Origin: the human T2T-CHM13v2.0 reference genome, Homo sapiens
Direction: 5' to 3' (one strand)
Assembly (NCBI RefSeq): GCF_009914755.1
Contig: NC_060939.1
DNA length: 64,000 nt
Shown: positions 16,750 through 30,748 of the stretch, in pieces
How the letters are laid out: each line of letters starts with the position of its first letter
Numbering within the stretch: position 1 is the stretch's first letter
Notes under the pieces: generated by a model
The model's database searches: none
Seen by the model: the letters and a program-made list of their open reading frames with translations, nothing else
Told to the model about the DNA's origin: nothing
Translations under genes and position numbers: made by a program

Positions 16750-17435
16750 TAGGAGTACTGGCTGCCCTCTCCAATGGGCAAGTGAATTCAGTATAAAGAT
16801 CAAGAAAATGCCAAACACATGTAACTCAATTCTCCTTGAAAACCAGAAATGCTGGCATGAGAATGAGTTCTTAAATGTAGGGTTTTTAAAGACAACAGTG
16901 TGGGAAAATAGCACACTACCCCGACAATCACTGAGCACCACTGTGTTGCTCAATTGTTTATGGGTAAGTAAGCTTGCTTGTTTATTTTGAGACATGGGAT
17001 AGTCTGAGGTGAATGTTCTCCATTGCTAAATCAAAAGCCAACCATGGCAGCAATATTGCAGAAACTTCTCAGAGAGTTCCCTGGACCTAGAGCTTCCATG
17101 GTGTGTGCTTTTTAAAAACATCTGCAAATTCTTCGAAACTGCTCCCATCAAGAAATGGAGTCTAGTTTTCCTTCCCTTGAATATGAGTCAGATTTAGTGA
17201 CCTGGTTCCAATGAAAAATACAAGGTTGGAAATGACGTGATGTGACTACTGAGGCTGTTTATGAAAAAAGATGCAGCATCTCTCTAGCACTCTCTTGAAA
17301 TGCTCACCCTTGAAATGCAGGTGCCATGCGATGAGGAGGCCAAGGCCAACTAGAGGGGCTGTGGGTATTCCAGCGGACAGCCCCAGCTGAAGTCCCAGCC
17401 AATAAGCACAAGCAGCATCAGCCAGCTGATTTTCT

Positions 17436-17559
17436 TATCTTCTTTCCTTCTTTCCTTCCTTCCTTCCTTCCTTCCTTCCTTCCTTCTTTCCTCCCTCCCT
17501 CCCTCCCTCCCTCTCTCCCTCCCTCTCCCTCTCTCTCTCTCTCTTTCTCTCTTTCTCTC

Positions 17560-17598
<39 letters not shown>

Positions 17599-17631
17599 TT
17601 CTCTCTTTCTCTCTTTCTCTCTTTCTTTCTT
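17436..17631. repeat. Compound (TTCC)n(CTCC)n(CT)n(TTTC)n polypyrimidine tract (Alu tail)
   Basis: About 195 bp almost purely C/T, between the Alu body and its TSD. Confidence 0.97.
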
Positions 17632-17912
<281 letters not shown>

Positions 17913-18093
17913 TGATTTTCTATATATGACTTCAGCCATGTGTTGAGGACTCTAGACACTATGTGACTGCCCAGCCGCCATATAACTGTAACCACACAAG
18001 AGACCCTAAGTGAAAATCATCTAGCCAAGGCCAATCGACTCCTAGAACCATGAGAAATAATAATAATAATCAATAAATGTTGTTGTCTTAAGA

Positions 18094-18314
18094 CAGAGGT
18101 CTGCAAACTATGGCCTGTGGGTAAAATCCGGCCTGCAACCTGGGTGTATGTTTTCGTACAGCCCATGAGCTAAGTAAGTATGGCTTGGTACATTTTTAAA
18201 GGATTATAAAACAAAATAAAATGAATAAAAACTTGCAAAAAAGATCATAGGTGGCCCTCAAAGCCTAAAATATATATTCTCTGGCCTTTTAAAGAAAAAG
18301 TTTGCCCACTGCTG
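18094..18314. mobile_element. MER58B-like hAT DNA transposon
   Basis: TIR-like ends cagaggtctgcaaact / agtttgcccactgctg; 8-bp TSD tcttaaga / tcttaagc. Confidence 0.8.
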
Positions 18315-18494
18315 TCTTAAGCCACTAGACTTTCAGATGCTGTGTTATACAGCAACAGGCAATTGGAACGTGTAGTGCCTTTGGGACATGGAGAACTGAG
18401 GGGCAAATGCTGGATTGATAGTGTCATGAAAGTCACACTGAAAAGCTATGCCCAACTGTCATCAGCAAGTCAATATTATTCTATCAATAATTGC

Positions 18495-18496
18495 TT

Positions 18497-18528
<32 letters not shown>

Positions 18529-18605
18529 CACATATATATGTATATATATATACACGTATATATATATGTGTATATATATATATATACGTGTATATATATA
18601 TATAT
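18495..18605. repeat. (CT)n(TA)n microsatellite
   Basis: Direct reading. Confidence 0.95.
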
Positions 18606-18728
18606 TTAAAGACAGGGTCTCACTATGTTGCCCAGGCTGATCTAGAACTCCTGGGCTTAAGCGACCCCCCCGCCAACCTCAGGCTCCTGAGTAGCTGGGA
18701 CTATAGGCATGCACCACCATGCCCAGCC
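18606..18728 (-). mobile_element. Alu monomer (FLAM-like)
   Basis: Single arm: gacagggtctcactatgttgcccaggctg...accaccatgcccagcc. Confidence 0.85.
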
Positions 18729-20079
18729 ATTACTAAAATTTCACAAACACACTTGCTCAGTCAAAGTAAAAGTGATGGTAATGATTTATCAACCAAGGAA
18801 AATATCTGAGACATTTATCTTAGATTTGATTCTAGTTGAACTTCAAATTCTGAGATACTCATTAATATGTTTAATTATAGTAGGTAGTATTTACTGATTC
18901 TTTACTGAGTACCAGACATTGTTCCAAACTATATAAACTAGTTAAGCCTCATGCCAACCCTTATTTCCATTTTACATATGAGAAAACTGAGGCACAGAGA
19001 GGTGGTATAACCTGTTCAAGATCACAAAGGTCGTAAGTGTGGAGTCAGGATTTAAATCCAGGATGGACTCTCGCATGTAGCAACTTAACCACTACACTCT
19101 GTTGTTCCTCTCCAGAAAATGCCGAATACACATGGTCTAAAGAATGCAGCTGGCTTCCAGGAAAGGGTATTGACCTCTCTGGCTGGATTTCCCTGGATGC
19201 CAGCCAAGGGTGCTGTCTATACACTTAAGAATGAGGCCTGGAACTTGAGTCTCCATCCATTTCCCCTGCATCTAGGCTCTTCAACAGCACTAAGTCTTCT
19301 GTTTGGAGGATCCCAAGTTCCCAGACTAGCCCCAAATTATGGTTGGTTAAAAGCTGTTCCTTCCAAACCATCTAAGTCTTCCCCACATGTTACTCTGGTT
19401 TCTGTCAATCAACACATGGAACATTATGCTTCCCAAGGAAATGACTGTCATGGGAGATGTAATATATGCTTTTCATTGCTGGTCTGTGGCTAAACAAAAT
19501 CAACAGACTGATCGAGAGCCAATCATATCGAAAGGATACTCAAACCATAATTAGAACCAGTGGTCATAGAGAATGAAATAAACAAGTATCAGTTTTCCTT
19601 ATCTGGGAAGTGGAAGTGATAATACTCATCCTTATGAGTTATTGTGTAGACTAGAGCCAAGATATGGGAAGGACCTAATCCAGTGTCTGGCATTCAAGTA
19701 ATGGCTATAATTATTGTAACACAGAACATACCTCTCTTTTAGAGAATTGGTGATTGGACAGTGACTTTTCATTGAGTGACTAGAAAAGCTGTTAATCACA
19801 AAGAAAGGTCTACATTCATGAAACAAGACAGAGTAAGAGCTGCTGCTTGCCCGTCAGGTCACACATTTTCCATCTCCCGTTGTAATAAGCCTTTTCCACA
19901 CCACAGAGTGTTGTTTTAATTATTTATAAAAATGGCTCCATCACATTCTTTTCTCCAACTGCACTTGACACTAATAACTGGAGACCCACGTATGGAAAGG
20001 GCAATGCCCTGAGGGTAACCATGCACTAAGGCCACCTCTGCACACTGACCAAAGGCAGGGCACATCACCGGTCTACTCA

Positions 20080-20235
<156 letters not shown>

Positions 20236-22569
20236 TTAAAGTTAAATTTATAAATGAAATGATATGAGGTCTGGGATTTGCTTCAAAACAATCTGGGTGG
20301 AAAGTAGGGGGTACAGGTGGGGCAATAGATAAAACAAGACTGGCCATATTGATAACTGCTAAAGCTGATGGGTCCATTATATGATTCCCTTTATCTTGCC
20401 ATATGTTTGACATTTTGCATAATATAATGTTTTTTAGAAATATATTTAAATGCCTGTAATACCACTCGTGTCTTTTGAAAACACTTTAAGTTAGCATAAT
20501 CAATTTTGGCATGCACTTCATGTGGGCATTTATTTCATATCTCCATTTAACTGGGAGGAGAACTGGACTGAAGAAAGGCTGGGACAAGTGGGAAATCCTG
20601 AGCTGGTCTGGGAATGCTGCAGTCAAGGAGGCTACCTCAAGGCAGATGAGGGAAGAGGCAAAGTTGGGAGGCAGCTCTCGGGGTCCTGAACTGGTTGAAA
20701 TAAAGTTTCAAGCATTTGATCTTTCCTAATTCTTTTATGCTAGTCTATACTGCTCATATTATCTGTGTTGAATAGAAAGAACTGCAGAAAGGGTTGCTGA
20801 GTGTGGTAGAAGACAGTTAATTGATAAGCGCTCTCTAGTGCATTATCCTGCAGTGTCCAGGGCTGAAGAGGGAAGTTTCTGGTGGGAATAGGGAGTGGGA
20901 GTCTGGGAGCAGGAGGTGGGAGGAGTTGCTGGGGCACAGATCACTCTTCTAGGGAACGTGGCTTAGACTTGGTCAGTTTCAGAACCAACTTCATCCCAGA
21001 GGCTCAAGGCCCTTCCAGAGCAAGAGAGGCAACACATTTACATTCCAGAAAGGGTTCACGTGGCATCTTTCATATTTTGCCATACTACCAAGGGGTGAGA
21101 ATATGGCCTGACTGTGGGGTTGGCAGAGGGCCCCCAGAGAACAGCTTCAGTTGCTGACATAGAGAGGTTGGTGTGCCTGGTGGGTGGGAGACGGGTGTGG
21201 AGAGAAAGGCCCAAATTCAGAGTGACTGTAGTGGAGTGGGAGGCTGGTGGAAGGATCAGGGGCTAGCTGGGTGGGAGGCAAGGGATGTGCACAGGCATGG
21301 GAGAGGATCCCTGTGAGTCCATTTGTGAGGGTGAAGTAACACACTTTTGGGCAAAACATACACAGAACATATTCTGGATTGTGTAATGATGAAATGGTAG
21401 ACAGCAGCCCCTTTGCTTGCTAAGTATCAGTCAGGATATTGGGTCCTGGATCCAAACTTGACCATGTGGAAACTTAGAGGATCAGGAAGATGAATGAAGA
21501 AGTCAAAGAAGGTCACTTACGAGTGAGAATGGTAGATGTGAAGGCTGTTTTTTCTCCAAAAGAAAGAGCTAAGAAATGACCCAGTGTCTTGAGAAATATG
21601 AAAGATGAATAGGCACCATCTCAAAGAAGCCAGGTGCAAAAGTTGTGCCATGTCTGGGTTCAATTAGAACTTGATTGTGAAAACAAACCCTAAAACGCAC
21701 TATTCAAGTAAGCCATGGGCTGTGCACCCTGGGAGAACATCACAAATAGGCCCCTGCCACCACTTAATATTTTGTCTACCACCAGCTGATGGGAGGTACC
21801 AGCCTTGCTCATCGAACCTCACATCAGATCATGACTTGTGGATCAAGAATGATTCTCAATCATTAGCAATATGAAGCTGTTCTTAAAGTTTGCCCATGAG
21901 GGAACCTCTAAGATTGGACAGTTCATTTTTCTTCTTCTTCTTTTTTTTTTAACCTAAGGACCTCAGAACGTTTTCAGGTAATAATGAGCTAAACTTCATC
22001 ACATACCCCAATGGACAGATATGACTTCTCATGTTACAGCTGGGGCTAGAAAACAAAACAATAAGTGATTTGTCCAAGTTACTTAGGGAATCATGTCACA
22101 TCAGTGAAAGGGTGGGGAGGGTGGCAGGGCAACCCCGTGTTTATTCCCAGGGTGAACATCTAACTCCCCTTTAATAACACAATGAGGCTGTTTTTACATT
22201 GGACACACACCAAAGGCAATTGAATATGAGGGTTTAGAAGCAACAGAGTCGTATAAAATTCTTAAGTCGGGGCCAGTGTGGTCTTAATCTTCTGTCAGGA
22301 TTACTGAGATACGATCAGAGAAGGAGGTAATTACACCAGCGAGGGCTGCATCCAGACAGCACCATACAGAAAAAAACGGCACAATCCTTCTCCTGCTAAG
22401 TCATTTGTTGCCCTGAAGCACATATAATAATCTTGACCTTTAGAATGGGATTTACATGTCTAATGATGATTACATACAGGGTAGAAACAAAATTCTGTAC
22501 GCAGAGGATATTTTAATAGTGGCCAGTTGCTTTGAAATGGCTGCAAGTGACTTCTGGTGGCTTCTACAA

Positions 22570-22762
22570 CAGGGTCTGGTAAATTACAGTCCCCCCATGG
22601 GCTAAAGCCGATCAGCCCTTAAGAATGATTCTCACAGTTTTAAGAGGGTATTTGAAAAAGCAAAAAACAAAAAACACAGAAGAATATGTGACAGAGATCA
22701 TACGCAGCCCACAAAACTAAATTTACTATCTGGCCCTTTGCCAAGAAGTTTGCTAAACCCCA
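22570..22762. mobile_element. MER58B-like fragment
   Basis: agaagaatatgtgacagaga, tttactatctggccctt, agtttgct end motif. Confidence 0.7.
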
Positions 22763-23626
22763 ACCTAGAAGAATAAGATTCTATTAAATTTAATTTCTTC
22801 CATAGCAACCTGTATTCAATTGTTAGCCCTTCAAAAGTAATCCCAAATGTGAAATGGGTTAGCGTCATTTCCCCTGGATTCATTATAAATGAGTATATTT
22901 AAACAAATAACTCAGCAGTTCTGGGAACTGTTGCTCTAAATACAGCAAGAGATCTGGCAGAGAAGGGGACAATTCCATCACTGCCTGGGGTCAATAAGAA
23001 TCAAAATAGAACAGAAACAGGTCCGGAAAACAATCCCAACGTGGCTTTGTTTCTTCTATTTTGTGTGGGGTGAGATTAGGAAGACTCTTGTTTTAATGTT
23101 GACTCCTTCAGAAAACATTCTAAGCCCTCTTCCTCCCTTAGAAAATGAGGGCCTTAAAAAAAATCATCTTACACTCCTTAAAGCAAGGGATTGGGCTCGG
23201 GGAGGGGAGGGTGGGGGAGTGTGAACATTCAACGGGTATTCAAGCATTGGCCTAAGTGAATAGATGGTGCCATCCAAATTTGGGAATCCTCAATGTCATA
23301 AATCCAAGTTTTCCTTTTAGAAGATTAGAGTCCATTCCTTCTTCAAATATCCCATCTTACTTCCTGAGTGGGCATGTGCATGCAACCTTCAGGAGTGGAA
23401 TCCCACAAATTAACATCTCTCTAGTACCATGGAGAAGGATTCAAAGTTAAAACTAAGAGGTTTCATTTCTGTAATCTTGGAGGATCTGGGAATCTAGAGA
23501 TATTCTCAGAATTTGGGTGTTTTCAGGACACAGAGCTCTGCTAAATTGCTCACAATTACTTCTGTGAGCAGTTACGGAAACCCAGGACATGGTATTGTCA
23601 TTAGTTTTTTAATGGCAAACGTTTAC

Positions 23627-23755
23627 CTCCAGCCAAATGTCAGCCACATCGTGTACAATCATCACGAGGGTCCCACTGCGAATATAATTAGCACACCAAG
23701 AGAAGCTCATCAGACTAATAGCAGCCAGGTGGTGGATGATATGAGCTAGAAAATC
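23627..23755 (-). CDS. CERS3: CERS3 coding exon 7 ([43 protein letters not shown]), Lag1p catalytic motif, 129 nt
   Basis: Acceptor cttacag|GAT; donor GAG|gtaaac; contains the HH pair and HD..D of the Lag1p motif. Confidence 0.97.
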
Positions 23756-24204
23756 CTGTAAGATGAGGGAAAATGGAAGCCATTAAGGAAATGCATTTAT
23801 TTCCCAATCACTGGAAGAGATAATCATAATAATAATGAGACCAATAACTTACATCTGCATGTTTTGAAATTTATAAAATGCTTTTACTTCCTAAACACAA
23901 TCTTTGTGAGGGAGCTAAGACATGTATTATTCTTGTTGATGAAATCATTTAACGTTGAGATACCATCCCACACTGGATATATGTGTACACACACACTGCC
24001 CCCCAACACACAATAAATGCATACACACACAAGCATATTCCTGTGTACACCTACAGTTATTGTTTAGCCCCTGCCTATTCCCCAAAAAGAAAAAAAAGAT
24101 TGATATAATAAATCTACACAACCATTAAATAAGTTAGTGCATATGAAATAAGACAATCTAGCCTAAGGAAAGCTACTGTCACTGAGTATAATAAAGACTT
24201 AAAG

Positions 24205-25015
24205 GTTTTCTGCAAAGAAAATATACAAATGGCCAATTCACACATGAAAGCATGCTCAATCATTAGCCATTGGGAGAATACAAACCAAAACCACAATGAG
24301 ATATACTTCACACCCACTAGGATGGCTATAATAAAAAAGATGAACAATAACAAGTGTTGGCAAGGATGTGGAGAAACTGGAACTCTAATACAGTGCTGGT
24401 AGGGATGCAAAATGGTGTAGCTGCTTTGTTAAACAGTCTGACAGTTTCTCAAAAGATTAGACATAGAATTACCATATGGCCCAGCAATTCCACTCTTAGG
24501 TGGAATGAAAACATATGTTCATGCAAAAACTTGTGTATGAATCCACAGCATTACTCATAACAGCCAAATGGAGGAAACAACCCAAATGTCCATCAACTGA
24601 TAAGAGGATGAATAAAATGCATCCATCCGTACAATGGACTATTACTTAGCAATAAAAAGTAATGATGTACTGATACATGCCATAACATGGATGAACCTGG
24701 AAAACATTACAGTAAGTGAAACAAGACAAACATAAAAGACCAGGTATTATATAATTCCACTTATATAAAATATCCAGAAGAGGCACATCTATAGAGACAA
24801 AGGAGATTTATGGTTGCCAGGGGCTGGGGAGGTTGAGAGAAACGGGAGTGACTGCTAAATGGTATAGAGTTTCTTCTTGGGATGACACAAATGTTCTAAA
24901 ATTGACTGTGATGATGATTGCACAACTCTGAATATATGTTAAAAACTACTGAATGTATACTTTAAATGGTTTAATTGTGTTATATGTGGATATCTCAATA
25001 AAGATGTTTAAAAAA
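24205..25015 (+). mobile_element. L1MB-type 3' end
   Basis: caaatggccaa..cacatgaaa, cccaaatgtccatcaactga, acatggatgaacctggaaaacatta, atctcaataaag. Confidence 0.85.
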
Positions 25016-25080
25016 CTTAAAGATTTCAGCTTCCTCATAGCCAAAGTAAATACAATACCAATAATAGCTCAATTTATTGA

Positions 25081-25404
<324 letters not shown>

Positions 25405-26718
25405 TCAGGAAGTATTTTATACAGATTAACCTGTTTAATTCCCACAACAAACAGAGGAGATAGGAACTATTTTTAGCTTCATTTTATAGATAAGGAGATC
25501 AAGTTTAGAGAGTTTAACTAACTAGCTCAAGATGTTAGTGCGTGGTGAAGCCAGGAATTCAAACCCAGGAGACCTGACTCCAGGGCCTGTGCTTTAGCCA
25601 CCTCCCAATAGCTTTATGTTTCTGAAGATACATCTTTATAAGACATTTAACATATATTTATATTTAATTTTTAAGAAGGTGTTCAATGCACCCGTAAATA
25701 ATAAAAGGGAAGTCAACTACAGCAAAATCAAAGGTGGGTGAAATACATGATTGACCTACCTGTATATAAAGACTTTCTAAAAAATGATTATTTTCAATTC
25801 TATCCCTGGAAAAAATGACTCAACCAATTAAATTTTGATGTATTCCTAGCCTAAAGTTAGTATAGTTAATCTACAGCTATCATTGAGTTACATGGAAATG
25901 GAGATTATTTCTATCAGATACTTTCACAGTATATGCTTATACTTAGATTTCTCATGTCTTAAGATGTCCAGTTGACTGCAGTGTGTCCCTTATAATGGCC
26001 ACCATCACTCAACACAAACATTTAATCAAGCTAAACTGGTTTATCTAACATTAAATGTCATTGTATTTACCATACAAATTTTGCTACAAACCAGCCTTTT
26101 ACTTACGGTGTAGTTTATGAGGTATATGCCAAGAGAATTTATCATTTGATCTGAATTGCTTACATATACGACAAAATCTTATGATTGCATTCAGGATTTA
26201 ACATGGTTTGCTGGATTAGTAATTAGGAATCAGTAACAACCAAACCATTCCTAAAATACCTCACTTTGTGACTTCAGAAGTGGCATTTAGCATGCCTGTG
26301 ACTGAGTTTCCCTGCACATAAAGCAAAGCTAATAATGCCCGAAGCAAGGTTTCCTCATAAATATATTTGATGAATTAATGGAAAAATGTTTTCAACGTCT
26401 TTGAAAATATCAAAAAGTTGTATATGAAGTGGTTTTGCAATCAACTAAAAGATGTGGTTGTAGAATTAATACTACTAACATATTTCTTCTTTGCACTGAT
26501 GGACATTAAGTTCCCAAGAAACAGACATATAAAGGAAATGTTTTTTTTCTTATTGAACAGAGGTGGAGCTTCAAAGTTAAAGTTTTTATAATGTTTCACT
26601 ACAAATGTTTACCAAGGCACCAAAGCATGAGTATAATTAGCAATATTTTATGTACTATAAAGCACACAAAAGCAATGAACTGGACCCAAAAACACAGAAA
26701 AATACAACTTAAAGATTA

Positions 26719-26907
<189 letters not shown>

Positions 26908-27489
26908 TTAAATGCCATCATAGAAGCAACTCATTTTAATGCACTAAAACCTCCTTTTATACCTATTTATATCCCACCAGATTCCATAAAATAACATTGA
27001 CTGATATTTCAATTTATATTTCAACGAAGGAATTAAAGATAATATTTTAAGGCATTTTATTTCTAAAAGGGTAGAGACAAGTATTCCAAACCCAAGTTGA
27101 ATGTTTTGTTTAAAAAATTAAATACAACTGCCACAGGTGTAAATGCCTTCAGTTTATTCAGAGTCAAGTTTAAATTTTTAAAAAAATTAAAAATCTTTAC
27201 TTAGGAACAATGGGAAGTCTTTTCTGCTGGTCCTACAATTTACTTTGATTAATGTTTCTTGAATATTACTCAAAATCTGATGTCTTAATCTCTTTTCTGG
27301 TGACAGGCTGGTGGTCAGAATTAGCCCATTCTAAAATGGGACAGTAATAAAATATGCATAATTATTTAAGAACTCCAAAAATATCTTCTGAATAAAATAA
27401 TAAAATTTTCATAGCTAGAATTTTCTTAACAATTTTATAGTGGGAGTGGTGGTGTTTATTTTAGCTAAGTTGAGACATTATATTACTTA

Positions 27490-27912
27490 GTGTACCCAAT
27501 GAATGTTGCCTTCTGATATCTAAGCCCTTGTGCAGTCTCCTCCAACACTGACTATGGACTTGATCCTGGTCTTTGGTCAAGGAGACATAAGCAAATGTGA
27601 TGCATGCAGAGACTTTATAAGTACCATGTAAGAAACCTGAGCCATCCTGCTGAAGAGGCCACAAAGAAGAGAATCAAGGTGCTGATCGCCAATGCTATGA
27701 ATGACGTCACCATAGACTTGAGCCATTCCCTAGCCGGCCTCCCAATTGTCTGAAAATGCATGAATGAACTCAGTTGACACCACATGGAGCAGAAACACTG
27801 CCTAGCTGAGCCTAGCCTAAATTGACAATCAAATCAAGAGAAAATAAATGGTTGTTGTTTGAAGGCACTAAGTTTTGGGGATGGTTTGTTATGTACCAAC
27901 GGATAACTGATA
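27490..27912 (+). mobile_element. MaLR LTR (MLT1-type)
   Basis: ccagctgagcc-type motif, aataaatggttgttgttt, ends ataactgataca. Confidence 0.7.
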
Positions 27913-28079
27913 CACCTGAGAAGATATGAGTAAGTTGGAGACAGAAGATGATAGGCCTGGGGTTTGGTCTAGCTAATTCTTAGGTCTCTTATTGTCTAAT
28001 TTTATTGAATTCTTTAATGCTGAGGCTAACGTATAACGAATTTTTTTGGTCAACTCCTCATCCTTGATAAGGCCATAAA

Positions 28080-29960
28080 AGAATGAGACAGAGTTTCTGC
28101 TTTCTTCTATGACAGGACTATATGAGACTAATCCTCCTATTAAGAACAACTTAAAAATCTGGATAAAGGACAAGAAAGAATGTCTGTTTGAAGACGTCAG
28201 AGAGCAAGTAGGGCATCCAGAACCTGTGGAGTCAAGATCCTAAAGAGAAGAAAAATGCACTAGAGCGAACCCTTTATTTCAAGTGAACCCTGTTTCTTGA
28301 GAAGTACTGTAGGCCCTAAGAATAAATTCAAAGAAGACCATCCTATACATATCATAAATTCTGCATATGCCAGTTTATAAGCAGTATGGAGCCCAGAGAC
28401 TAAGAAACAGCAGAAGTTAAGCAGTAGTGACTGTAATATCAGAGTACTAGGAAGCAAACTGGTGTTCAGGTTGACTAAGGAAAAGGAGTCATGGTAAGCA
28501 CTGTAATATTTTATTTGAAATCATTGAAAAGGAATACCCTAGAATATGGGTAAGTTGTGAATATACTTGCCTTCACAAAGACTGAAGTCTACCTTGAATC
28601 AGCTCAATCAAGGATTAAAGGTGATCTGCCCTATTCTAACACCTAACAGAAGTGAAAGTAAGTCCTCTGTGAAGGAAGATAATATCATCCTGACCATCTA
28701 TACTTTTTTGTATACAGTGTCTGTCATTTAATCAAAAGCTATGAAGCATAAGGAGACAGGAGCAAGAGAGAAAACAGATCCACAGGTGGTCAAGAGATGA
28801 GACTAATCAGACTTTGACTTTAAAATAACTTCAAAAACAGCTTAAAAGAGAAAATTTCAGTAGAGAACTGGGATCCATTAAAAAATAAAATAAAAATTTG
28901 AGAATCAAAAAATATAATAACTGAAATTGAGAATTCAAAAGATGTGTTTAATAGTAGATTAGACATGGCTTAAGAAAAGTACCAGTGAACTGGACAACAG
29001 GAAAGTAGAAAATATCCAGAATAGTGAAGTGTCTGACATTTTACCCTAGTTGCAAGCTAACAAGTTAGTTAGCCACAAGTTCCATGAATGCTGGTAGAAG
29101 ATAGTAGACACCTTGGTAGACAGCAAGTAGTTTATGACTCACAGTAATAGCAGTAGCCAGAGTATCAGTATTTGGGCCAATCCTTCCATCCCTAATCCCC
29201 ATAGGGCTAAAGGTCAGATGATAACTGCACACATCATGGGTTGTGTTATGAGGGGAACAGCCAAAAAGAGAAAAAAGGCATTATGTTCAAAGAAGCAAAA
29301 CTAAAAGTGACAGCTACATTCTTTTAGAACTGATGAGATCTAGAAGACAATGAAATAACATCATTTAAAGTGAAGGAAAATAAACTGCTAATCTAGAATT
29401 CTATACCCAGCAAAAATATCCTTTAAAAGTCAAAGGCAGTATAACATCTTTCTGACAAACAAAATCTGGCATACCCACCATTAAAAAAAATAGCAAAGGT
29501 ACTTCTTCAGACAGGAGGATAATAATCCCAGATGGAAACATGGAAATATAGGAAGCAAGGAATAGCACAAAAAGGGTAACTTGACCGATTTACAGAACAA
29601 TAATAGCAATGACTTCTAAGGTTTTAAATATTTGAAGGAGGAGGGTGTATGGTGTATTCTAATTACCTTTCAGTGAGTGGAAAGAGGTAAGAACACCGAT
29701 TTGTATCAGACTGCAATAAGTCAAGGACATATACAGTAATGTCCAAGATAATTACTAGAAGAACAAAAGCATGTGTAACTGAAAAGTCAATATAAGGGAT
29801 GAAAAAGAATAGTATTTTTTTTAATTACTTGACTGTCCCATAGAAAAGCAAGAAGGGAGTACAAAAGAAAATGCATCAGGTGGTACAAGTAAAAAATAAA
29901 TAGTAAGATGGTAGATTTAAACCCAAATATGTAATTACATTAACTGTAAACAAACTAAAG
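28080..29960 (+). mobile_element. Ancient L1 5'/ORF1 remnant with a nested ERVL-type LTR fragment (about 29020-29260)
   Basis: ORF1-like motifs (taactgaaattgagaattca, ctagaattctatacccagcaaaaatatcc); nested tttaccctagttgcaagctaacaagttag resembles MER74/MER54-class LTRs. Confidence 0.6.
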
Positions 29961-30129
29961 GAATGAGACAAATGAGGGTCAATAAGGATAAGGAAGCTCA
30001 AGTAGAAAAAGTGCCAGGGATGACATAGTAGTGAACAAAGAGTAGCAGGGGACCAAGACGTAACTAAGGAGATAATTTGAGGGATCTTGGTGTTCAAGTA
30101 AGGGGAGGAATATGTTATAGTGGACTTAC

Positions 30130-30180
30130 CTGTTTGGGATAGCCATTCCAAACCTCCCATAAGTCATATAGCCAAGGTTT
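30130..30180 (-). CDS. CERS3: CERS3 coding exon 5 ([17 protein letters not shown]), 51 nt
   Basis: Strong pyrimidine tract then ctttcag|AAA; donor CAG|gtaagt; CerS-conserved W.GYP.Q motif. Confidence 0.96.
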
Positions 30181-30690
30181 CTGAAAGAAGAAAAAAAAAA
30201 AGAGCCAACAGATGAGAAATAAATTGGTCGGTGTCAAAGGTCAATTTTGGCAGAAAACCTAAGCTCTTCCTTATGTCATTTACAGCAGGCAAAGATGCAC
30301 AGGAAATTGACCTTTTCCATATTCTTTTGCTTCTATTGCACGTATTTCTCCCTCTGTAGAGTATTTCTTACATATTCCTATATAACATCTCTGTGAAATT
30401 CACTACTAGTGAATCTAAGATAAGTAAATAGTGCTGTCTCATAGAGGAAATGGTTTCAAACAAGTAACTGTATGAACCAAATTATTTCTAAACCAATTGT
30501 ATTATTGCTTCTGCAGCAATAAAAAAATCTTGAGATATCTGTAGCAATATTTGAGACAAATGTTGAATCTTGAGAGAAATCTCTAAAACTGGTTATCTTA
30601 TTGAAAGTACTATACCCTAAAGGAATTCACAGACAAGAATTTCAAAAATTAAAGACAAATTCCAATCGAAGATATAAAAAGATAACTTAC

Positions 30691-30748
30691 ATCATAAAGA
30701 AACGCAATTCCAGCAACAGTGATCATTAAGTAAAATGCAAATCTCCAG
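30691..30748 (-). CDS. CERS3: CERS3 coding exon 4 (WRFAFYLMITVAGIAFLYD), 58 nt
   Basis: Acceptor ttttggcag|C; donor GAT|gtaagt; absent from the ORF track, read manually. Confidence 0.96.
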
